In this document: positions 54,821-64,000 of the stretch, piece after piece | How positions within the stretch are numbered: the first letter of the stretch is position 1 | How the letters are laid out: each line of letters starts with the position of its first letter | Assembly (NCBI RefSeq): GCF_006345805.1 | Contig: NC_042999.1 | Coordinates: 61,070,001-61,134,000 of the forward strand | Direction of reading: 5' to 3' | DNA length: 64,000 nucleotides | Origin: Octopus sinensis | Taxonomy: Eukaryota | Notes under the pieces: model-generated | What the model saw: the letters and a program-made list of their open reading frames with translations, nothing else | Told to the model about the DNA's origin: nothing | Database searches by the model: none | Made by a program: the position numbers and the translations under genes

Positions 54821-55417
54821 TGACCTGTGATAATATTAGGAATCGATATCTGGTTTGGTTGTATCTATAAAACGCCCGATTGAATTACCTTTAAAAAGAT
54901 CAAATTTGCATCGAATTCATTGGAATTGATCCACAGCTTATTCTTCCAAAGTATGTGGTCTGTCGTTGATGGTACAATTCAAATATATAACTTAATTCTA
55001 CAATGATCAGAGTTAAACATTTTGCTTTTATTGACATGAGAGTATAATCAAAATGTCAGTTATTAAATCAAAAAGTATTACTTTCAGAATATTAAAGTAT
55101 TTTCATTCCAAAATCTCATATAGATTCTGAAAATAGAGTTTCCATTATTATTACTAGCCAATTCACCTCCTAAATCACACTCTACCGATTTGGTATTGGT
55201 TTCAAATCTTTAGCACAAGGGCAGCGATTTCGTGAGAGGGAGCTAATGATGAAAGTGACCTCGGCGTGATTTGAAATCAGAACGTAAAGAAGGACGAAAT
55301 GCTGCTAAAAGTTTTTCCCGGTTTGATAACGGCTTGATACCGATTTTATATTAAATGAATATCAAATAGGTATGTACAAAGGAAATAATATTGCGGTCAT
55401 TATTAATACAAATAAAA

Positions 55418-56120
55418 AGGCGGCGAGCTGGCGGAAACGTTAGCGCGCCGGGCGAAATTATTAGTGGTATTTCGTCTGCCGTTACGTTCTGAGTTTAAAT
55501 TCCGCCGAGGTCGACTTTGCCTTTCATCCTTTCGGGGTCGATAAATTAAGTACCAGTTACGCTCTGGGGTCGATCTAATCGACCTAATCCGTGTGTCTGT
55601 CCTTGTTTATCCTCTCTATGTTTTGCCCCTTGTGGGTAGTAAAGAAATAGGTATTTCGTCTGCTGCTACGTTCTGAGTTCAAATTCCGCCGAGGTCGACT
55701 TTGCCTTTCGTCCTTTCGGAGTCGATTAAATAACGGTTATTATATTAAATAACTGGGGTCGATATAATTGTCTTAATCCCTTTGTCTCCTCTGTGTTTAG
55801 CCCCTTGTGGGTAGTAAAGAAATAGGTATTTCCTCTGCCGTTGCGTTCTGAGTTCAAATTCCGCCGAGGTCGTCTTTGCCTTTCATCATTTCGGGGTCGA
55901 TAAATTAAGTACCAGTTACGCACTGGGGTCGATATAATCGACTTAATATTTTTGTCTGTCCTTGATTGTCTCTTCTATGTTTAGCCCCTTGTGGGCAATA
56001 AAGAAATAAGAATCGTTAGCACGCGGTACAAAATGCTTTGCGAAATTCCGTCTTAGTCCTAAACCTTCCGAGTTTGACTTTGCCCTTCATCATTTCGGTG
56101 TCGATAAAATAATTACGAAT
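55418..56120 (+). mobile_element. SINE family B head-to-tail trimer plus an adjacent old copy
   Basis: Head at 55418; units 55466-55649, 55650-55824 and 55825-56007; diverged copy at ~56009-56120. Confidence 0.9.
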
Positions 56121-56352
56121 TAGCCTTGAGATTAATGTAATCGTATTTCTGCCTGTAGCGTAAAGAATCATTACAACATAAATATGAATGCATAAAATAC
56201 TCAATTGGAACAGGAATATTTACAATGTTATTACGTAGTAGGTAATGAAGTTAATGAATCAAAAGGTAGTAGATTGACAGAATCTTTACAGCATAGAACC
56301 AAATAATACAGTTGTATATTTAAGTAATGAGGAATTATGTACATTATTTACA

Positions 56353-56625
56353 CGGGCATATAGCGTAGTGGCGAAGAGCGCGGGCTACTAACCCCAAGAT
56401 TCCGATTTCGATTCTAGGCAGTGACCTGAATATTAATAATAATATAAATAATAATAATAATAATAATAATAACATAGAAAAATACCTTAGGAATGAGAAT
56501 CCAAGTTCGAAATTTCCCCAAGACACCTGATGAAGGCTGGAGCGTATATCAGCCGAAACGTTGTATTAAGAATTAACTAGATTAGGACAAATATCCCTTC
56601 AAATGTAAATAATGTAAATAATGCG
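56353..56625 (+). mobile_element. tRNA-headed SINE-like element with an (AAT)n spacer and PLE-like 3' part
   Basis: A box TAGCGTAGTGG and B-box-like GATTTCGATTC, then (AAT)n, then a hammerhead motif and an aatgtaaat repeat tail. Confidence 0.75.
56522..56567 (+). ncRNA. Minimal PLE-type hammerhead motif
   Basis: gacac-CTGATGA-A-GGCTG-gagcgtatat-CAGCC-GAAA-CGTT-gtatt. Palindrome AACGTT; stem I has one mismatch. Confidence 0.7.
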
Positions 56626-57109
56626 AACAAAATAAATTGCGAAATTTATTCTGTCCCTCAGCGCCGTGAATTCAGATCCCAGTGAGGCCAACTTTGCATT
56701 TGTTCCTCCCTAGGTTGATAAATTAGAGGTGTAGTCATGTCTTGGCGAGGATTTAATGGACTAATATCTTCCACTAAAACTCCAGACTTTGTACCTTTGG
56801 TAGAAATAATTAATACAGAGGACTAAGGAAATGTCATCGATTCTGTCCGTTTATACAAATGTTATAACTACTGAGGTATTTGTAACGAGTACCTAGCCAT
56901 CATTTCATACGAAACGTTTTTTAAAATGTGTGATGCTGGCCGTAACAGAATCAAACCTAACGAACGGAAAGAATTGAATGAATAACTTATTCACGTAATA
57001 GAACCTATACACATAACATATACATAACATATGACTTACCAAAACAAAGAACTTAAGACTTGAGAAACAGAAATTACCCTGAATATATGGTTTTAAAAGA
57101 TGATAATGT

Positions 57110-57320
57110 TAAGTTTTGGCAGAAACGTTAGCACGTCGAGCGAAATGCTTAACTGTAATTCGTCTGTCTTTACGTTCTTAGTTCAAATTCCGCTGAAGTC
57201 GACTTTGCCTTTCATCCTTTCGGGGTCGATAAATTAGGTACTTGTTGCGTACTGGCTTCGATCTAATCGACTGGCCTCTTCCCCAAAATATTTCGGGCCT
57301 CGCGCCTAGAGTAGAAAAGA
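57110..57320 (+). mobile_element. SINE family B, older subtype
   Basis: tggcagaaacgttagcacg...gtcgactttgcctttcatcctttcggggtcgataa with a different tail. Confidence 0.8.
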
Positions 57321-57778
57321 ATGTTAAGTTTAAATTATGACGTTTAAATTCTAACGGCGCCTCATCACTTCACTGCCGCTATACAAAATGGAAAACAGCC
57401 TATTTAATTTTTTTTTTTACCTCGTTAACGTAACGGATACACAAACATATTTATTCTTCATACACGTTCCTGGTTTCGTTATCACGAGAGATATTAAACT
57501 AACTTAGACACTTAGTCAATAAGCAGTCTTAAATAGTCTTTCTCTTTGCAACTAACATTTTCAATGTTGATTTGATAAAAAATCTAAAACAAACAAAAAT
57601 GGAGAAAAATATTAAGCCACCAAATTCTGTATTAAAATTCAATCGTAGGTGTTGATGCTAAAAGGAAAAATTGCCAGTGATCTTTTATCCACCGATTAAT
57701 CTATGATACAAATTTAGTACACAGGAATTCCTCGTGTGCTATTGTCATTATCGATGATGCTTCTGCTACTGCTTTTGT

Positions 57779-58286
57779 CTTCTTCTTCTTCTTCTTCTTC
57801 TTCTTCTTCTTCCAGACTCACGCCATCAGCCACAAAGTATAATCTCTAATTCGAGCCTATTCTAAGCTACTAAGAATGCGTGTGGCAACTTTAAGATCCA
57901 ACCACCACACGCAATAGACTGGCGGTTGCAAGGGAGCGAAAGCTATGTTGTTATCCTCATTCCGTAAACGGTGGCTTTTTAACGGGTGGAGAGCTAAACC
58001 ATCTTTGAGTACAGAGGATTCGCAATCTAAACTAGGTTCTGAAAGTTTACCACACCATAGTGAATTACACCATGGTTCCTTTGCTTTGTGGCAGAAGTAG
58101 GAAGAAAGGGTGAGAGAAAGTTGTGGTGAAAGAGTACAGCGGCGTTCACCCACCCCTACCCGCCGGAGTCTCGTGGAGCTTAGGTGTTTTTGCTCAATAA
58201 ACACTCACAATGCCCGGTCTGGGAATCGAAACCGCGTTCTTACGACCGCGAGTCCGCTGCCTCAACCACTGGGCCATTGCGCCTCT
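57779..58286 (-). mobile_element. SINE family A (tail type 4, ends in (GAA)n)
   Basis: Closely similar to 51118-51609 over its whole length. Confidence 0.85.
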
Positions 58287-59600
58287 TCACTGCTGTTGTT
58301 GCGGTTGTCGTTACTGTTGCTGATATTATTGTTCTCTTTCTTCCTGTTCTTGCTCACCCACGTCAATCCTAACCAAATAGATCTATGATTTAAAAAAATG
58401 TCCTTCGTCATATCATTGCAGGTAAAATTATTTTTTATATGAATATCCAGTCTTTATATGAGGTAGTAACATGTGATTTGAGATATGCTTGCCCGCTTTA
58501 TCAAGAAGCTTTAAAGAATCGCATATCTACAAGCTCATTAGCTCGTCTAATACTGTTGATCTTGTTAGTGTTTGGGTTTTGCCCTATATTGACCAAGAAT
58601 AAGTCGATCTAGTATCAAAGACATTCCAACCGTAATTATACTATCATCTTACCATACACATGGAATCCAGGCCACATTACCCACTAATTTCGGACAATAG
58701 ATGTGATTTCAAGGAGATCGACGTTATACTTAGCAGGTTTGCCTACCACTTGCTGACTCTCTTATCAGTTTAGATGCTCACCATCTCGTGTTACGATAAA
58801 CTGTAAATTATTTACTGATGATCAATAAAATAAACTTAATATATACAGAAAACCCAGGGTCAATTTATGTAAAATATTAAGATAATAGATATAACTTGAG
58901 GGAGATTTGACAGCTATTGCTGGCGGGTAGAATTAATAATTGGAAGCTCAGAAGTTCATGAAGAGGATCTTCACCTTCTGTCTTATGATATTCTGTAAAT
59001 CATTTACAAATGACAATGACAGACAAACTCAAAAAGCATTCGTTGAATCTAGAAATATATACTAATTTTTAAAAAAAATCTATTTGATACAAAATATGGA
59101 GACGCGTTTCAAAATCTGTGTTTATGGTCGACTATAAACAGGTGTGGAGGGTTGAGATGGCGTTAATAAATCTCAAGCATATTCATATAAAATTCATACA
59201 CATCATCAAATCAAATAAAGACAGTTGTCTAGACCAGATACGACTTTGGAAATGATTCAGCCACTACTTAAGTTTGGTAAATATTAGATTTAGTATTTTA
59301 ATAAAGAGTAGCTTTAATATCCGGAAAACAGAAGTAGAAATGTATACAAGCTAAGTTTTATGATTACTGAATCATTCAATCAGCTCACGATTTAACTCTT
59401 CCAACAAAATGAATATCGTATATGTGCGTCTTATTCGTTTAAGTGTGTGAAAGGCGCGTGCATGTTTATATACATATGCATAAACATACACACACTCACG
59501 CATACACAAACACACATATACAAAATTTTAGCCATTCTATAAGATTAAAATGCATATATACATATGCACGCACATACATGCATGTATACTTGTATTTCAT

Positions 59601-59631
<31 letters not shown>

Positions 59632-59652
59632 GCATACGTACATATATATATG

Positions 59653-59696
<44 letters not shown>

Positions 59697-59787
59697 TATA
59701 CAAACACACATACATATAATATATATAATATATATATGACAAGTAGACACGCATGTATATATATATATACATACGTACATATATATG

Positions 59788-59828
<41 letters not shown>

Positions 59829-60459
59829 CATATATATACAAACACACATACATATAATATATATACATATATGGCAAGTAGGCACGCATGTATATATTAT
59901 AATATATACGCACATAAAATGTACTTGTGTATGTTTACATACATGTATGTTTGTAAATATATGTATGTATGTATATGTTTATATACATACATATATATGT
60001 ATATATACATTTGTTTATGTATCCTTACACACCCATGCATACGCACATATGCGCACACACACACACATACACACGCACGCACACATCTAAAATATGACGT
60101 TTTAATACTGATGGTTGATTGAACAGAAGACAATAAAATTAGACTTCGCTTCAATGCATCGAGGAGAGGTTGGTAGAATGGCAATCAGTTTCTGATGAAA
60201 GGCCAATTGTGTTGGTGATGAGCCATTAGAATATTAATGTTCGGTATTTTTCATTATGTCGCAAAAGCCATATTGTATTTACAGCATCTTCCATTTCGAT
60301 AATTATGCTTGTGGGTTTTTCCTTGATAATACTGACATACAAGCACATATACACACGCACAACTCACGTACCTACGCACGCACGCCCAACACACACACAT
60401 ATGCACACATGTGTGTGTATATATATATATATATGTGTATGTATGTATATGTATATCTT

Positions 60460-60551
<92 letters not shown>

Positions 60552-61253
60552 GTATGTATATGTATACGTGCATACATATATTTATACATGCATGTATATA
60601 TTGTTGAAAACTTGAAGAAAACGAATTATTGTATGGGATACTGAACTGAAATCTAATATTCTCTTATGACTTTTATATAAACACACAATGCCTTATATTC
60701 TGTTCAGAATATCTGATATGAGGGCGTTGTATAGAAAACTCTTTCAAAATACTATTATGAGGCAACACGAAACATATTTCTATTAAATGCAAAGAATTAA
60801 TTACAAAACCGATGTTCAGAAAAAAAGGAAAGGAAAATTACTTTGGATACTTTTACAAAACTTTAATGGCAAAACGGAAAAACGGAATAAGATTTTAGAT
60901 TTTAAGTGAATGAACTGCGAGCCAAAATTATAATTAAGGAATATTTCCCAATTCAGTTAACTCTATTCTCTGTGAATGTAAAATTATCAGTAGTCCAGTG
61001 GAAATATTTATTGGAAAATGATGTTATATAGCTCTTATACACGAACGGCTGACAAACAAGACGTACACACATTATTAAAATGAAACATACAATATAAACA
61101 TGCATTCAAGTACGTGTGCTTGTCTATTTTCCATGTACTCATATGTGTATACATACATATATATATACTAATTCAATGAGTGCGTTTATAATAATTCAAT
61201 GAGTGCGTAAAACAACAACGCGGTAACGTGGTACATGAAGGAAAGAAAAGGTA

Positions 61254-61288
61254 GTTTTACGTTTCGAGCAAAGCTCTTCTTCAGAAAC
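61254..61288 (-). ncRNA. Minimal PLE-type hammerhead motif (intact core)
   Basis: Minus strand: GTTT-CTGAAGA-A-GAGC-ttt-GCTC-GAAA-CGTA-AAAC. Confidence 0.7.
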
Positions 61289-61429
61289 AGGAGACAGAGG
61301 AAAGTCCAAGAGGGACGAAAAATTCGCCAAAAATGTAGTTACATTGTGAATATATATGTGTGTGTGTGTGTGTGAGTGTGTGTGCGCGTGTGTGTGTGCA
61401 TGTGTGTGTGTATGTGTGTGTTTCAAACC

Positions 61430-61718
61430 GACTCATTAGCCACAAAGGCACTATCTTAATGAGGTGACAAGGGAGACAATGCTCCCTACAGTCGCAAACA
61501 TAGCCATATCACCGGTGATTTCAACGATTATTCTTATAAGCTGAGGAAGTGAGCTGAAGAAGTGAGCTTAACCCTAGGCGCGGTAAGAGCCACTGATAAG
61601 AATGAAGATGCTCTACATCAAAATTCGAAATCACGGTGATATGGCTATGTATATGACCGTAGGGAACTTTTTCTGCCTTACCAGCTTATTAAGATAGTGC
61701 TCTTGTGGCTATTGAGTC
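61430..61718. mobile_element. Foldback/MITE-like element with ~93-bp imperfect arms
   Basis: gactcattagccacaaaggcactatcttaat...catagccatatcaccggtgatttc (61430-61522) pairs with 61627-61718; no clear TSD. Confidence 0.8.
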
Positions 61719-61792
61719 TACAAAGTTGCCTTTAGGCTGTTAAATTACTAATAACCCACCAAATTATATATATATATATATATATATAATTA

Positions 61793-61915
61793 TACGACGG
61801 GCTTCTTTCAGTTTTCGTCCTTCCACCAAATCCACTGACAGGACTTTGGTCAGCCCCGAAGGTTCTAACAGAAAACAGACACTTGAACAAAATGCCATGC
61901 TGTGAGACTGTACTC
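61793..61915 (-). mobile_element. SINE family C, 5' fragment
   Basis: tatacgacgggcttctttcagtttt...caaatccact. Confidence 0.7.
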
Positions 61916-61919
61916 CTTC

Positions 61920-62790
61920 AACAAATGAAGCAGAATGTTTCAGGAAAATTCCTGATATCCAATAAACGTTACAAATAGCAAACGAAGAAACAAGGATTTA
62001 TGCCAAACTTGTTCATTAGAATACAAAACACTATGAACAGCTTCATTTGCAACAAGAGATATGACCGGAGAGAAGATTGTGCACAAGAAGTACCTAAAAA
62101 GGGCATAGAATACAGATGCCGATGACGTGAAGATAGTGCAGTTGTACAAAAGTATTGGGCTGAAAGCTAAGACTAAAGGCTTGAAACTTGCTACATAAAG
62201 TCAGAGTATTGCATTGAGGTTACATTCGCTTTATCAATGATCTATAATGCAGGATCTATGAAAATCATAAAGAAGCCATCGACGACATTGTCTCTGGATA
62301 CTTGTAAGTAGCGATTACCGAATATATCCGCAGGTGTAATACAGCAGAGGCATCACTGCATTGAAAGATATACAGTTGCAAAATTAAGACTACTGAATAG
62401 TGGTCTGAACAAATACCAAACTCGGCCACTGGCATCAATGATGTCTTCATATTCTGAAATATTCCCCATTATATTGGCATAGAGATAAACACCAGCCGAC
62501 CTGGAATCGGTATCATGGAGTTAGAGGCTAGGACATGCACATTTATTAATAATACAGTTACAAAATTATGACTCCTGAGTAGATAGGTCTGAATAAATAC
62601 CAAACTCGGTCACTGGCAACAATGATGTCTTCATATTCTGAAATATTCCCCTCTACTCTGACATAGAAATGAACACCAGCCCACCTGGCATCGGTATCAT
62701 GGAGTAAGGGACTAGGACATGCATATTTATTGATAATACATTACTTTCTGAATGAAATACTTCTTCAAGGTCTTAGTGAATGTTTACGTG
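61920..62790 (+). pseudogene. Decayed RLE-type non-LTR retrotransposon C-terminus (R4/Dong-like)
   Basis: Frame-broken GLKAKTKGLKLAT*SQSIALR, ENHKEAIDDIVSG...EYIRR, KIYSCKIKTTE*W and IF*NIP resemble GLKAETEG..IA.Q.Q.L.TR, ETIDHIVSGC..EY..RH and ILWDFPI. Confidence 0.6.
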
Positions 62791-63077
62791 TACAAAGATT
62801 TGAAGATCGAAATCAACTAGATGTGGATTGCGGATCCTGAAATAACATCGGTAGTAGTTAGAGAATTAGGGTTCATAAACGAGGAAAAGAACAGTTCACT
62901 ACGTTTATTATGGGTAACGTGAAAATTTATGTTGTCCAGAATATCGCACTGTTTGGTACAACACAGATACTACGGAAATTCCAGTCACTGAAGTGAGACT
63001 TTCACTAGACTACCTCAAGCACCTAATTTTGACCTGGCTCTATAGAATATAAAGTGGGAAGTATAAAATTCAACAGT

Positions 63078-63122
63078 AGTAGTAGGCGTGGTAGTAGCTG
63101 TAGCAGCAACAGCAGCAGCAGC

Positions 63123-63161
<39 letters not shown>

Positions 63162-63257
63162 TGTAGTTGTAGTAGTAGCAGCAGCAGCAGCAACAGCAGC
63201 AGCAATATCATCATCATCATCAGCAGCAGCAGCAGCACCAGCAGTAGTAGTAGTAGC

Positions 63258-63288
<31 letters not shown>

Positions 63289-63310
63289 ATAGTAGTAGTA
63301 GTAGTAGTAA

Positions 63311-63353
<43 letters not shown>

Positions 63354-63355
63354 TA
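63078..63355. repeat. Compound trinucleotide repeat (AGT)n/(AGC)n/(ATC)n
   Basis: Directly visible; explains the poly-T/S/V/L ORFs. Confidence 0.95.
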
Positions 63356-63391
63356 CGACGATGGTAATAATGATTTCCAACGTATTAACTA

Positions 63392-63581
63392 TTTTACCTG
63401 TTTCAGTCATTTGACTGCGGGCATGCTGGAGCACCGCCTTTAGTCGAACAAATCGACCCCAGGACGTATTCTTTGTAAGCCTAGTACTTATTCTATCGAT
63501 AGGTTATGTGGACGTAAACACACCAGCATCTGTTGTCAAGCGATGTTGTGGGGACAAATACAGACACACAAACACATACAA

Positions 63582-63653
<72 letters not shown>

Positions 63654-63831
63654 TATATATATATACACGGCGGGCTTCTTTCAGTTTCCGTCAACCAAAT
63701 CCACTCACAAGGCTTTGGTCGGCCCGAGGCTATAGCAGAAGACACTTGCCCAAGGTTCCATGCAGTGGGACTGGACCGTGAACCATGTGGTTGGGAGGCA
63801 AGCTTCTTACCACAGTACCACTCCTGCGCCT
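63392..63831 (-). mobile_element. SINE family C, full length
   Basis: Complete tail, core and head ending in ccactcctgcgcct. Confidence 0.9.
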
Positions 63832-64000
63832 AACAAGAACTATATAAAATTTTATTAGTATTAGTATTAATAGTGCTAAATATAATGATGGTGGAAATGT
63901 TAAATTTTTTTGTGCATGCGATATAACCATCTCTAACGACCACATTGCAATGCAACAATACTTTGCAATAAATTATTATTTCAAATACTTAGAAGTAACT

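Overview
AT-rich, microsatellite-saturated eukaryotic DNA. The SINE repertoire (tRNA-headed families with internal (CA)/(TA) tracts, one with an Arg-like head) suggests an Octopus genome; this is an inference from repeat content. I cannot support any intact host protein-coding gene, and most listed ORFs are microsatellite artefacts. The window is a mosaic of about 30 SINE copies from at least five families, decayed Tc1, mariner and maT-like DNA transposons, MITEs/foldbacks, and decayed Penelope-like (PLE), Tx1/L1, RTE and R4/Dong-like retroelements. The main signal is hammerhead ribozymes: seven motifs were found by eye. (1) A 2.2-copy, ~352-bp tandem array at 6383-7143 carries a textbook type I hammerhead with a palindromic stem III, resembling a non-LTR retrozyme that makes circular RNA. 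(2) An unrelated 569-bp unit at 42804-43479 has a perfect 107-bp terminal redundancy and its own hammerhead. (3) A tRNA-headed SINE is fused to a PLE-type hammerhead at about 56353-56625. (4) Three further minimal or decayed motifs occur at 5609, 14119 and 61254. Coordinates were counted by hand and may be off by a few bases.
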